From Escherichia coli (lineage in GTDB: Bacteria; Pseudomonadota; Gammaproteobacteria; Enterobacterales; Enterobacteriaceae), in the NCBI GenBank assembly GCA_022969815.1, contig GCA_022969815.1_4535.1: DNA of 64,000 nucleotides. One strand, 5' to 3'. Positions 1 to 8,821 of the stretch are shown here, in pieces. Made by a program: the position numbers and the translations under genes. Under the pieces are notes generated by a model. It was not told where the DNA came from, made no database searches, and worked only from the letters and a program-made list of their open reading frames with translations. How positions within the stretch are numbered: the first letter of the stretch is position 1; the number at the start of each line of letters is the position of its first letter.

Positions 1-47
1 ACCTCATGCTTACAAGGCAAGTGCTCTACCAACTGAGCTATTGAAGC
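1..47 (-). tRNA. partial tRNA, probably tRNA-Thr (anticodon TGT); 3' half lies outside the window
   Basis: reverse complement gives acceptor GCTTCAA, D-arm GCTC-AGTTGGTA-GAGC and anticodon loop CTTGTAA; T-arm not in window. Confidence 0.45.
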
Positions 48-399
48 GTATTGCGCCCCTTCAGCCATGCTTGATGTTGACCAGAACACAGTTAAACTGT
101 GGGAGGAGGAACACCGCAGGGGGCTTCAGTTGGACGACTTACAGGGAGCGACCCTGTTTCTTTTCTGGGACTCGGCAGGATTCGATACCTGCAATTCCAG
201 AAGCCTCTTGGCAACTGAGGGTTTACCTTAACCCTACAAGTCCATAATTCTTAAATACTTTGGAGCCTTACTGATAAACCGTTAGTTTGTAACATAGCGT
301 ATTTCCATTCTGGGGCACCGCCTGTGAATGTAATTCCAATACAAACTTTCTCAAGATCAAACCAATTATCAAATAACATTACAACCTCCAGTTTGAATT

Positions 400-483
400 T
401 GGTGTGAGATGATGGATTCGAACCACCGCGCCTTTCAGAAGGGATTTACAGTCCCCCGCAATCGACCACTCTGCCAATCTCAC
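400..483 (-). tRNA. tRNA-Tyr (anticodon GTA), long variable arm, CCA encoded
   Basis: reverse complement folds as cloverleaf: acceptor GTGAGAT/ATCTCAC, anticodon stem GGGGA/TCCCT with loop CTGTAAA, T-arm GGTGG-TTCGAAT-CCATC, 3' ACCA. Confidence 0.7.
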
Positions 484-607
484 AAAATTGTTTTTAAAGT
501 AGCCAGTATTCGCGGTACTGACTATGCGGTATCGGAGATGGTGAGAGCCATCTGCCGAAAGTTTACTCTGTTAAAGTAAGAAACAACAAGCTACATTAAA
601 AACAACT

Positions 608-693
608 TGGCGGTAGATGTAGGACTCGAACCTACACGCCGTTTCCGACTACAGTTTAGCAAACTGTTGTGGCTACCATTTCACCAATCTACC
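608..693 (-). tRNA. tRNA-Ser (anticodon GCT), type II long variable arm, CCA encoded
   Basis: acceptor GGTAGAT/ATCTACC, anticodon stem ACAGT/ACTGT with loop TTGCTAA, T-arm GTAGG-TTCGAGT-CCTAC. Confidence 0.7.
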
Positions 694-699
694 TAAATT

Positions 700-789
700 T
701 GGAGGAAGGTAATGGAGTCGAACCATCACCGTATCTCTACAATGGGCCAGGGTTCAAATCTGGTTGCGTACCACTACGCCCTACCTTCC
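700..789 (-). tRNA. tRNA-Ser (anticodon TGA), long variable arm, CCA encoded
   Basis: acceptor GGAAGGT/ACCTTCC, T-arm GATGG-TTCGACT-CCATT, anticodon loop TTTGAAC; one mismatch at loop-closing pair. Confidence 0.6.
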
Positions 790-1024
790 ATACATTTAAT
801 CTAACATAAAACGATGTTGATTGTCAACACCTTTTAAAACATTTTATTATGAATGGTGACTCCACCAACCCCCGTTCTCCACGAACGGTACTCTTCGAGC
901 AATCTACCCTTGCAATCAAACGTTGTACACCGTTAGCTTACTCATGCATATTTGCCTCATTCTCTGCCAACCATGATCAGTGGTAGGGTTCAAATCACTT
1001 GAGCTAATTCATACTAAAATGTTC

Positions 1025-1099
1025 TGGTGTCTTTACAAGGAATCGAACCTTGACTAAGAGTTTAGAAGACTCCTGTGCTATCCATTACACCATAAAGAC
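1025..1099 (-). tRNA. tRNA-Arg (anticodon TCT), CCA encoded
   Basis: acceptor GTCTTTA/TAAAGAC, anticodon stem GGAGT/ACTCT with loop CTTCTAA, T-arm CAAGG-TTCGATT-CCTTG. Confidence 0.75.
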
Positions 1100-1101
1100 G
1101 T

Positions 1102-1176
1102 TGGTGGCCCTGACTGGTTTCGATCCAGTTGCCTATCGGTTATGAGCCGACTGCTCTCCCATTGAGCTACAGGGCC
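1102..1176 (-). tRNA. tRNA with CAT anticodon (Met, fMet or Ile-lysidine not distinguishable), CCA encoded
   Basis: acceptor GGCCCTG/CAGGGCC, D-arm GCTC-AATGGGA-GAGC, anticodon loop CTCATAA, T-arm ACTGG-ATCGAAA-CCAGT. Confidence 0.75.
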
Positions 1177-1387
1177 GTAAATGTGGTAACAGAGACGTTG
1201 AAAGTAGTAGGAAGTAGCTACCATTCCTCGGACGTAAGCCCAACATTCAGCGTAAATGTTCTTGAGCCGAAGCTTTTCCATATGTTCTTTGGTAGCTAAC
1301 CTCCGAACAAGTAGCCTCTAACATCTCCCCGATGCAAATCCGTCTTAACAACAGTCAACGACCCTGTTACCACACTTGATAAAGCGT

Positions 1388-1416
1388 ATCTTAACAAAAT
1401 AAGACACGCTTGTCAA
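1388..1416 (-). promoter_or_regulatory. sigma70-like promoter reading toward the tRNA cluster
   Basis: minus strand TTGACA - 17 nt - TAAGAT between the last small minus-strand gene and the tRNAs. Confidence 0.4.
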
Positions 1417-1433
1417 TACTTATTTCAAATATT

Positions 1434-1682
1434 TTAGGCGTAATCTTGAACCTCTTCAGAGTCACGTTTTTCAAGTAGTGCTATAACAAGTGCTTCAGCA
1501 TTTTGCCAAGAGTTCTCCAGGTCCATTTGACGCATAAGAGCCAGGAAATCGATAACTTTAACGTCCTCGTTGATGACGATCCTAACACCGTCTTCACTCT
1601 CGGTAACATACTTCTCTGGGTTGAACATGAAGATTGCTCCACCTTCACCGTCAGTCAACACATGTTTTTCTACTAAAGACAT
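1434..1682 (-). CDS. hypothetical protein (82 aa)
   Basis: six-frame ORF; GGAGGA Shine-Dalgarno 8 nt upstream of ATG; no motif recognised. Confidence 0.5.
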   Translation of the reverse strand: MSLVEKHVLTDGEGGAIFMFNPEKYVTESEDGVRIVINEDVKVIDFLALMRQMDLENSWQNAEALVIALLEKRDSEEVQDYA

Positions 1683-1693
1683 ATTGATTCCTC

Positions 1694-1909
1694 CTAATCG
1701 ATTGTTTGTTCGTCCTCCATTACATTAGAAATGAGAACGTCTGTTATACCTTGATGCTGATAGACCCTTTCGGGGCTGTCGTCAAATGCCAAGCCTGTAC
1801 ATATCGAACAGAGATCTGACTCTTGAATAATTCCATTTTTATCACGTCTGGAATGGTTAGTCAAGTGTCTGTTACAAGCCCGACAACGAAAATAAAAATT
1901 GTTTTGCAT
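1694..1909 (-). CDS. hypothetical Cys-rich (zinc-ribbon-like) protein; start moved to internal ATG with SD (ORF track extends to 1954)
   Basis: CxxC ... CxxC spacing in translation; GAAGGA upstream of ATG at 1909. Confidence 0.4.
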   Translation of the reverse strand: MQNNFYFRCRACNRHLTNHSRRDKNGIIQESDLCSICTGLAFDDSPERVYQHQGITDVLISNVMEDEQTID

Positions 1910-1983
1910 AAATCCTTCGAACCCCAAAATGGGGAGTAATCGGCATCTCCTCACTTTTAGTGTAGCACGAAGGTTATGTTAAG

Positions 1984-2175
1984 TCAACTGGGAATAATCT
2001 TATCGCGTTTTGTTTCGTAACCTGTCCACTCAAGATCTCCCCAACCCTCATCACCATCCATCAAGTTATCTTCATCATCGTAAGATGAAATGTTGTAAAT
2101 TGACTTCGGATTACAAGACATACAATCTTTGATTGGGATGTGGTGCCACTTGCACGGATTCTCGCTGGTACTCAT
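1984..2175 (-). CDS. hypothetical acidic protein (63 aa)
   Basis: six-frame ORF with AGAGGAG SD upstream; first gene of a short minus-strand operon. Confidence 0.5.
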   Translation of the reverse strand: MSTSENPCKWHHIPIKDCMSCNPKSIYNISSYDDEDNLMDGDEGWGDLEWTGYETKRDKIIPS

Positions 2176-2491
2176 GTTAATCTCCTCTGTTATCGTGTTC
2201 TTGGGATGAACTCTAACATATGTAAGATCTAAAAGTCAACTAATTCTTTTAACTACTAACTAATAATAATTATTTTCTTTTTTGTTAGTTAGTTTGTTGA
2301 TCAGTATAGAGCAGATCTGTTACTATCTAACTGTCTTTAAGATCTTTAAAACCTAAGTCTTTTAGATCGAGCATATACTTAACCAATAAAAACAAGACCT
2401 TAACTCGCTGCGCTCGTTAATAGGTTTTTAGGGTATCACATTTCGATAATCAAAGTCAAGACAATTTTCAAATTATTTTCATTGTGCAAAG

Positions 2492-2520
2492 CTTGTGTTC
2501 TTTGGTGTATGTGTTATAGT
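2492..2520 (+). promoter_or_regulatory. possible promoter for the plus-strand gene block
   Basis: TATAGT -10-like hexamer with weak -35 (CTTGTG) 17 nt upstream, in the AT-rich divergent intergenic region. Confidence 0.3.
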
Positions 2521-2550
2521 GAATAAACTTAAACAAGAGAGGAGATATAA

Positions 2551-2763
2551 ATGAGTATTGCTAAGACAGCCAAACAACGTATGAAAGAAGGTATCAACCT
2601 AACACCACGACCTAAGCCTGGAGGTCACTATGTAACACATGCAAAAACTTACTGGGTTGATCAGATAGTCGGTAGTCGTGAAGTGGACAGTCCAAAAGAG
2701 TTCGACCGCCTGTGTTATGGGTACAGCGATATGGAAGACTTCATAGATCGCATTGTGGATTGA
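2551..2763 (+). CDS. hypothetical protein (70 aa)
   Basis: ORF with AGAGGAG SD; first gene of plus-strand block. Confidence 0.55.
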   Translation: MSIAKTAKQRMKEGINLTPRPKPGGHYVTHAKTYWVDQIVGSREVDSPKEFDRLCYGYSDMEDFIDRIVD

Positions 2764-2835
2764 TTAAGGTGCGAGGTAAGGTGATTTATCATCTTCATTT
2801 AAATAGTACGTTAGAGACGCATTTAGGAGGGTAGG

Positions 2836-3162
2836 ATGAGGTTTACAAGACAAGAGGTGGTTGTACTGGACGAGGTAATGACAATGATCGTCTTTTACTA
2901 TGAAGATATCTTCTGTGCAGCGTATCATTTAAACGACATTCAAATTGAATGGCAGCAGATAGCATTCCTGTTGGACAAGAGTAATCATCTGGATGGATTT
3001 GAGTATTTGGAATGGGATGGTGCAAGACAAATCAAAATTGTTGGATTAAATCATGATCAGCTTGTTGACATTGATTGCAAGCTGTGTCATTATCAGTTCT
3101 CAAACAAAGTTAAACTCGAAAGACAATTGGAGGTAGTTAAAGATGATAGCACTAATCAGTGA
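2836..3162 (+). CDS. hypothetical protein (108 aa)
   Basis: ORF with AGGAGG SD; no motif recognised. Confidence 0.55.
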   Translation: MRFTRQEVVVLDEVMTMIVFYYEDIFCAAYHLNDIQIEWQQIAFLLDKSNHLDGFEYLEWDGARQIKIVGLNHDQLVDIDCKLCHYQFSNKVKLERQLEVVKDDSTNQ

Positions 3163-3259
3163 TCACCCATACCTGGCAACATTTGTTCTGATTTTTGCCC
3201 TTGCTGTAATTCACGATGTTCTGATAAGTTATTTTGACAACAAAGGAGGTAAGAAATGA
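3143..3259 (+). CDS. possible small hydrophobic (single transmembrane helix) protein, 38 aa, not in ORF track
   Basis: ATG preceded by GGAGG; hydrophobic core FVLIFALAVI; stop overlaps next ATG (ATGA). Confidence 0.3.
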   Translation: MIALISDHPYLATFVLIFALAVIHDVLISYFDNKGGKK

Positions 3260-3450
3260 AAGATGTTATTCAAATGATTTTCCGTGTCACCCTTGATGAT
3301 AATCATGTTGTTAAAGGCACCCAGAACTACACAGAAGCGAAAGAACATTTCCTGGAATGGATTGAGACGTTGAAGACACAAAACGTGTCCTACAGTCGCG
3401 TTACGCTCTCTGGCGACCATATGCCGATCATGGAGTATACAAAGAAATGA
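3256..3450 (+). CDS. hypothetical protein (64 aa)
   Basis: ORF with AAAGGAGG SD. Confidence 0.55.
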   Translation: MKDVIQMIFRVTLDDNHVVKGTQNYTEAKEHFLEWIETLKTQNVSYSRVTLSGDHMPIMEYTKK

Positions 3451-3686
3451 GTAAATATCCAATTACAGGTGTGACCTACTCGTGCGTAGGTAAAGGTGGT
3501 TTGTATTCGGTTGTGGAATTTCCAAAACCTGCTGGAGTATCTAAAGTCTTCGATCCAATCGTTATCTATGAAGACTTACGTACTGGACAACACTACTGGC
3601 GTTTCCAGGGTGATTTTTTAGATCGTATGGAGGTAGTTAATGGCGACAACACCGAAGAAGTCATCAAAAACAAAAACCGCTACTAA
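3447..3686 (+). CDS. hypothetical protein (79 aa)
   Basis: ORF; start overlaps upstream stop (ATGA coupling). Confidence 0.5.
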   Translation: MSKYPITGVTYSCVGKGGLYSVVEFPKPAGVSKVFDPIVIYEDLRTGQHYWRFQGDFLDRMEVVNGDNTEEVIKNKNRY

Positions 3687-3996
3687 GAAACCCAAGAAGA
3701 ACGAAGTTCTGAAGGTTGCTAAATCAGTCCCTAAGAAAGATAAATTTGATACGGAGGCATTCGTCTTTGACACAGCTATCGAGAAAATTGAAGAAGCGTT
3801 GCAGCGTCTTGAGGAGCAGGAGGCAGACCCAATGGCTGAACCACTCACCCAAGATCAACTCTACTGGTGGGGAGTATGGACCTTGCAAATGCCAGACGCA
3901 AAAAGACGAGGAATGACTTCAGTTCCTACTTGTGCAAAAGAGGCTGCTGTGTTAGGCTTGTACGAGAAATCCAAGAAAGGGGGTAAAAAGAAATGA
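3640..3996 (+). CDS. lysine-rich basic protein, possibly nucleic-acid binding (118 aa)
   Basis: N-terminal KKSSKTKTATKKPKK... lysine run; GGAGG SD. Confidence 0.5.
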   Translation: MATTPKKSSKTKTATKKPKKNEVLKVAKSVPKKDKFDTEAFVFDTAIEKIEEALQRLEEQEADPMAEPLTQDQLYWWGVWTLQMPDAKRRGMTSVPTCAKEAAVLGLYEKSKKGGKKK

Positions 3997-4274
3997 CCAA
4001 GACTTTCCTGAAGTGTGTAAAAGCAAAAGAGAACGAATGGTACTCTGGACTCTTTACTGTAGGCAAGAAGTACGAGATCCTCAACGGGACAGGTAAGAAG
4101 TTTTCTCTTGTTGTAAACGACGAAGGTGCGGAGCAAATGGTATTTGCTGAAAGCTCTGTCTACGGTATCTTTGAAGTAGTGCAAGAAGGTTCTCCATTAG
4201 TCCTGGAGTATCTCGGCACTAATCAACCATACACTGCCCTGGATGTTATCAACAACAAGAAGGATGCAAAATGA
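3993..4274 (+). CDS. hypothetical protein (93 aa)
   Basis: ORF, translationally coupled to neighbours. Confidence 0.5.
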   Translation: MTKTFLKCVKAKENEWYSGLFTVGKKYEILNGTGKKFSLVVNDEGAEQMVFAESSVYGIFEVVQEGSPLVLEYLGTNQPYTALDVINNKKDAK

Positions 4275-4453
4275 TTCTGCTTTATTCCGGTAAGGCAAAA
4301 TACATGCAAGGTGTTAAGCGTGTAGAGGTTACTAAGACGGTTACAATTGGAAAGTCTTTCGTGGTATACTGCTTCCTTGTTAACGGAACAGAGTATGCTG
4401 TTGCAAAGACTTTGGTTGATAATGGTAAAACTTGGAAAGTGGAGGCACTATGA
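4271..4453 (+). CDS. hypothetical protein (60 aa)
   Basis: ORF, start overlaps upstream stop. Confidence 0.45.
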   Translation: MILLYSGKAKYMQGVKRVEVTKTVTIGKSFVVYCFLVNGTEYAVAKTLVDNGKTWKVEAL

Positions 4454-4647
4454 TCAGTGTGGCTGGATGGGTTGTACTGGCAACCCTCAATGGGAATGTC
4501 ACCGTGGAGACTAAAACAATCTTCAAAGCACCAGAAGATTGTTATAACTCTCTGGTGGCATGGCCTCGTGATGAGGATGATAAGGCAGAGTATCAGTGTT
4601 TTTACATTGAAGCTCAACCTGTTGAATTTGAGGTTAAAGTGAAATGA
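4432..4647 (+). CDS. hypothetical protein (71 aa)
   Basis: ORF in gene-dense run; overlaps upstream gene end. Confidence 0.45.
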   Translation: MESGGTMISVAGWVVLATLNGNVTVETKTIFKAPEDCYNSLVAWPRDEDDKAEYQCFYIEAQPVEFEVKVK

Positions 4648-5129
4648 AAATAAAAATTACTAAAGCAGAGGTAGATAATCCACAATTCTTTTCTTTGAAT
4701 AAAAGCTACGATATTAAAAACGGAGACGAGTTTGATGTTGTAGATATTGTAACAGAGGCTGATGGTGTAGACATTGGATATATGATTGTTCCGCCTTGTG
4801 GTGGTAGTCCTATTATCGTATTGCGTGACGAAGCTGTAGAGGTATGTTCCGATGAACCTCCATATGACAGCCCATACATGACAGAGTGGGTTGTTGCTGT
4901 GGATGTTGGAGGTATGGTTTCTGTACTGAAAGCTCCTAATCTCCACCCTGGCTTCACAGAGAACGGTAAGACAGCTTTGGATTACGGGTTGCCGGAAGAT
5001 GTTGACAATACACCGCCAGGTATGTATCGTTGGATCTGCTCTTTCCACGAAGAGAAGGATTGGGAATCAGGTCTTGTGGATGATTGGCATTTCGAAGTGG
5101 AGAGTTCCTTTTTAATCATGCCAGCTTAG
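4644..5129 (+). CDS. hypothetical protein (161 aa)
   Basis: ORF, start overlaps upstream stop. Confidence 0.55.
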   Translation: MKIKITKAEVDNPQFFSLNKSYDIKNGDEFDVVDIVTEADGVDIGYMIVPPCGGSPIIVLRDEAVEVCSDEPPYDSPYMTEWVVAVDVGGMVSVLKAPNLHPGFTENGKTALDYGLPEDVDNTPPGMYRWICSFHEEKDWESGLVDDWHFEVESSFLIMPA

Positions 5130-5139
5130 AGGAGGTTAT

Positions 5140-5496
5140 ATGGGTGCTATTATTTGGCTTGACGATTTACGTGATCCGAAAGATTACGGTTGTCCAGATG
5201 CAATCTGGTTTAAAACATCACAGGAACTTCTTGCCTCTCGTTACATGAATGAGGTGCAGAAGGGTTATCGTTCTGTAGACGAGTGGCATTTTGACAATGA
5301 TTTAGGAGAAGACTCTGATCAAGAGGGGTACGATGTTTTCTTGCGCTTGGAAGAACTTCTGTTTTTCGGTAAGCCTTGTTTTGGCAATCCTCTTATTTTT
5401 GTACATACTTCTAACCCAGCAGCGGCAGAGAAGTTTATGCTTGCAGAGGAATCTATGTTGAGGTATGGTATTGAAATGATTCGTGTGAACTATTAA
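5140..5496 (+). CDS. hypothetical protein (118 aa)
   Basis: ORF with GAGGAGG SD. Confidence 0.55.
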   Translation: MGAIIWLDDLRDPKDYGCPDAIWFKTSQELLASRYMNEVQKGYRSVDEWHFDNDLGEDSDQEGYDVFLRLEELLFFGKPCFGNPLIFVHTSNPAAAEKFMLAEESMLRYGIEMIRVNY

Positions 5497-5505
5497 GGAG
5501 GTGTT

Positions 5506-5640
5506 ATGCTTTATGTTATTTGGGTAGATGAAGGGGATGGGTTTTATGTATACAAACACACTAACCACTGGCCCGATGTAGAAAAAGCACTTGCAACTTT
5601 TGAAGATTGCTTTTACGATATACATACAGACGAAGAGTAA
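5506..5640 (+). CDS. possible small protein (44 aa), not in ORF track
   Basis: ATG with AAGGAGG SD fills the gap between flanking genes. Confidence 0.35.
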   Translation: MLYVIWVDEGDGFYVYKHTNHWPDVEKALATFEDCFYDIHTDEE

Positions 5641-5651
5641 GGAGAAACCTA

Positions 5652-6008
5652 ATGAGCAGTCTTGATCATAACATTTGTCACCAACCTCTCACCTGGATTG
5701 GTGAGGGTCATTATGCGCAACGTGTTATCGTCTGTGCTGCGAATAAGTATATTCTGAATAATGGTGAAGAGTTAATTATCCCTTGCGTTCGACATGCAAA
5801 TCCTGTACTATATGCACAGTTAAGCGTGTTGAAAGAAGCAGGTGCGATCAGCAAAACTTTGTGCACGCCAGATAATCAAGGCTTTATCGATCAGTATTAC
5901 AATTGGTGGAGTCGTGAGGATGCTTACATCATCGCGGAAAATGCTGACCAGATTGACCATGAGCGTAATGGTCACGACCATGAACTATTTAGCGAGGGAT
6001 TATACTAA
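5652..6008 (+). CDS. hypothetical protein; start at internal ATG with AAGGAGA SD
   Basis: ORF track 5607..6008; upstream part overlaps previous small ORF. Confidence 0.5.
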   Translation: MSSLDHNICHQPLTWIGEGHYAQRVIVCAANKYILNNGEELIIPCVRHANPVLYAQLSVLKEAGAISKTLCTPDNQGFIDQYYNWWSREDAYIIAENADQIDHERNGHDHELFSEGLY

Positions 6009-6553
6009 TGTTTATTACAAGCGATTTGCATTTTATGCACAAACGTATTCGAGAGTTTGCTCCTGAATATCGTCCGTGGGAAGATATGGACCACATGACA
6101 GAAGCTCTGATTGAAGCATGGAACAAATGTGCTACTACTCCTGGTGTTAAGATGTGGCATTTGGGCGACTTCTGTTTCGGGACTGAAGAAGATACCCGTA
6201 AGATTGCTTCCCGTCTCCAAGGAGATATCACTTATCTTGTTGGGAACCATGATTACAGCAAGCACCGAGAAGTGCTTGCAGAGTATGGCGAAGTGGTGTA
6301 TTATGACGAAGTGAAATACCAGAAGCTGTTCTTCGTCTTAAGTCATTACCCTATTGCCTCCTGGAACAAACAGGGTCGCGGTAGCATAATGCTCCACGGA
6401 CATTCTCACGGATCTTTCCCTGATGAAGCCTACGGTAAGATGCTTGACGTTGGTTGGGATGCACATGGCAAGATCCTGCACTTTGATGAAGTTATTGAAA
6501 TGATGGAAAAACGAGAAGTCATCACTGTAGACCATCATAAAATTATCCGATAG
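6008..6553 (+). CDS. calcineurin-like metallophosphoesterase
   Basis: phosphoesterase motif series DLHF..H, GDFCFG, GNHDY, HGHSH in translation. Confidence 0.6.
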   Translation: MFITSDLHFMHKRIREFAPEYRPWEDMDHMTEALIEAWNKCATTPGVKMWHLGDFCFGTEEDTRKIASRLQGDITYLVGNHDYSKHREVLAEYGEVVYYDEVKYQKLFFVLSHYPIASWNKQGRGSIMLHGHSHGSFPDEAYGKMLDVGWDAHGKILHFDEVIEMMEKREVITVDHHKIIR

Positions 6554-6561
6554 GAGGAACA

Positions 6562-6888
6562 ATGCAAATTTATACAGATGATCGTAAGTACGAAACGATT
6601 CTTGACGAAGATACTGGACGAATCACAATCTTGCGCCACGGGGAAGAGTGGCGAGATGAAACTGGGGATAATTATATCTTATCTCTGATTCATCTTGTTG
6701 AACAGATGCGTGACGACTACACCGAACTTCATTACGAAAATGAATTGAATAAGGTGAAGTTTGAAAACGAGATTGAAGAGAAAAACTTTGAAATCCTACA
6801 GCTTAAAGAAGAAAATCTTCGTCTTGAAGAAGAGATTGATGCTCTCCAGGAAGAGATTTACGAACTCAACAACGAACTGAATGCTTAA
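6562..6888 (+). CDS. hypothetical coiled-coil protein
   Basis: C-terminal heptad-like ENLRLEEEIDALQEEIYELNNEL. Confidence 0.5.
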   Translation: MQIYTDDRKYETILDEDTGRITILRHGEEWRDETGDNYILSLIHLVEQMRDDYTELHYENELNKVKFENEIEEKNFEILQLKEENLRLEEEIDALQEEIYELNNELNA

Positions 6889-6897
6889 GGAGGAAAA

Positions 6898-7050
6898 ATG
6901 GCAACAATCTATATTTTGTTTGCTCTTTGGAGTCATGGTAGTAATGATTATACACAAGAATTCGGATCGCAAGGGGCTTGTGAGATGGCTTTAGCAGAAG
7001 GCATCCGTAAGAATGTATTTGATCGTGGATTCTGCACACCTAAAGGTTAA
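6898..7050 (+). CDS. possible small protein (50 aa), not in ORF track
   Basis: ATG with AAGGAGG SD in otherwise empty gap. Confidence 0.3.
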   Translation: MATIYILFALWSHGSNDYTQEFGSQGACEMALAEGIRKNVFDRGFCTPKG

Positions 7051-7059
7051 GGAGAAAAC

Positions 7060-7251
7060 ATGAAGAAAGATATCGTTGTTGTTGGTTGGCTGACTTGCCC
7101 TTGTGGTAGTAATGACATAACTGTAAACACAGAGGGTGATAAAAATTATTTATTCTACGGTGATAAAATCACTTGCAATACCTGTGGACGTGTTGGTATT
7201 ATAGAAACCGATGATTGTTGTGCTTTTGAATCTTGGGATGAAGAGGAATGA
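7060..7251 (+). CDS. hypothetical zinc-ribbon-like protein (63 aa)
   Basis: CPCG ... CNTCG cysteine pairs; AAGGAGA SD. Confidence 0.5.
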   Translation: MKKDIVVVGWLTCPCGSNDITVNTEGDKNYLFYGDKITCNTCGRVGIIETDDCCAFESWDEEE

Positions 7252-7475
7252 GTACTGCATTTTATGTACGTAACGAGGATGAAGATTTCCTTGCTTCTTT
7301 CGACGACGATTGCGATCTTGAAGAAATGTATGAAGACATGTTGGATTATGCCAAAGGTCAACGCTTTACGAGTGTTGATCATATGTTGGCAACTTCAACC
7401 ATAATCTTGGATCAAGATTTAGATGAGATCTGCAATCGATTAAAAATTGCATTATTTACTTGGGACGAAACATAA
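7248..7475 (+). CDS. hypothetical acidic protein (75 aa)
   Basis: ORF, start overlaps upstream stop. Confidence 0.5.
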   Translation: MSTAFYVRNEDEDFLASFDDDCDLEEMYEDMLDYAKGQRFTSVDHMLATSTIILDQDLDEICNRLKIALFTWDET

Positions 7476-7699
7476 TGGCAACAACATTCTATTTTGAAGG
7501 TAGTGAGAAAAAGACTTCCATTACCTTTCAAAGAAACACACCAGCAGAAGATTTCTTATGGATGATAATCGATCATCTGAGAAGCGAAGGTATTCACCAT
7601 ATAGACGAGTATTTCGCAGAGTCTACAGACTGGCAAAACGTTGTTATGGAAGATGTTATTTTCGAACTACACCATATTATTACGGAGGAAGGAATTTGA
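7475..7699 (+). CDS. hypothetical protein (74 aa)
   Basis: ATG overlapping upstream stop (TAATG). Confidence 0.45.
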   Translation: MATTFYFEGSEKKTSITFQRNTPAEDFLWMIIDHLRSEGIHHIDEYFAESTDWQNVVMEDVIFELHHIITEEGI

Positions 7700-8811
7700 A
7701 ACAGACGAATCAAACACTTTACGGTAAAGACTCAAATGGCAAACTGAAGCAATGGACTGTTTTCACAGACGGTGCAACAGTTACTGTAGCTCACGGTAAA
7801 GTTGGTGGAAAGATTACACAAAAATCATACGAAGCGGAAGCTAAAAATACTGGACGTGCAAATGCAACCACTCCAGAAGAACAAGCAGAAGCTGAAGCTT
7901 TTGCCAAGTGGACAAAACAACTGAAAAATGGTTATTATAAAACTATGGAAGAGGCGGAGAACCACGTCCCATCCACACCTATGAAATGCCAGGACTATAA
8001 AGATTTTGCGCATAAGGTGGTCTTCCCTGGATATGCACAATACAAACTGAATGGCTTACGTTCAATGATCAACATGAAGGGCGAATGTTTGTCTAAAGCT
8101 GGAGAAGTTTACAAACTCCCTCCGCACTGGCAAGGTATTCCAAACTTCATCAGCGAAGTTGTTGGTCATCCTCTGGATGGGGAAGTGTTCGCTGGTCTTG
8201 GTGTTCTTAGTTTGCAACAGATTAATAGTGCATGGAAAAAGCACAATGAGAACACGCCGCTCCTGAACTATTATGTTTATGATGTTCCTGTGGCAGATAT
8301 GCCATTTGAGAAGCGTGTTGAAGTATTGGCGGCTCTTAAGGCTGTAGCTGAAGAGAGTGGTCTGGATGAACTGATCTGTGTAGTACATACAGAGTATATT
8401 GAAAATCAAGAACAGTTGGATGCATTTTATGCTAAAGCTTTGCTTGAAAAAGCTGAAGGTATTGTGTATCGTAATGCTCATGGTGTCTATGAGTTTGATA
8501 AACGTTCCTATGACGTGATCAAACGAAAACCGCGCCAGACTTTGGAAGTTAAAGTTATTTCTATGCGTTCTGATAAAAATAACGATGGGGTGTTGACAGG
8601 TGAGATGGAGAATGGTAAACTTGTTGAGTTCTTGATGCGAAAAGATGCTCACGAAACTATCAACTACCGTAAAGCAGAAAATGCCGAAACTTTGATTGAT
8701 CAGTTTGTTGAGATTGAGTATGAAGAATTTTCTGACGAAGGTATCCCAACTAAACCAGTCGGTGTACGTCTTCGTAAAATGATCCCAGGGACTTGGGAGC
8801 CAGCAGAATAA
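7696..8811 (+). CDS. ATP-dependent DNA ligase-like nucleotidyltransferase (TTG start overlapping upstream stop)
   Basis: motif I KLNGLR (KxDG-type active-site lysine), DGEV, EGIVYR (motif V-like), KRK; GGAGGAAGG SD before TTG. Confidence 0.6.
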   Translation: MKQTNQTLYGKDSNGKLKQWTVFTDGATVTVAHGKVGGKITQKSYEAEAKNTGRANATTPEEQAEAEAFAKWTKQLKNGYYKTMEEAENHVPSTPMKCQDYKDFAHKVVFPGYAQYKLNGLRSMINMKGECLSKAGEVYKLPPHWQGIPNFISEVVGHPLDGEVFAGLGVLSLQQINSAWKKHNENTPLLNYYVYDVPVADMPFEKRVEVLAALKAVAEESGLDELICVVHTEYIENQEQLDAFYAKALLEKAEGIVYRNAHGVYEFDKRSYDVIKRKPRQTLEVKVISMRSDKNNDGVLTGEMENGKLVEFLMRKDAHETINYRKAENAETLIDQFVEIEYEEFSDEGIPTKPVGVRLRKMIPGTWEPAE

Positions 8812-8821
8812 AGGAGGTTGT

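Noticed and set aside
41-247. Plus-strand ORF (68 aa) from the six-frame track
   Set aside because: Lies antisense to and overlapping the minus-strand tRNA cluster, has no ribosome-binding site and a Pro/Arg/Cys-rich composition; treated as a spurious frame.
165-247. tRNA-like sequence on the minus strand (acceptor GGACTTG/CGAGTCC, T-arm-like GCAGG...CCTGC)
   Set aside because: No 5-bp anticodon stem could be formed, the T-loop would be 8 nt and no CCA follows; at best a degenerate tRNA remnant.
7558-7695. Upstream extension of the ligase ORF (track start 7558)
   Set aside because: The extension overlaps the preceding gene in another frame and is Arg/Tyr-rich; a TTG with a GGAGGAAGG Shine-Dalgarno sequence at 7696 overlapping the upstream stop is a better start.
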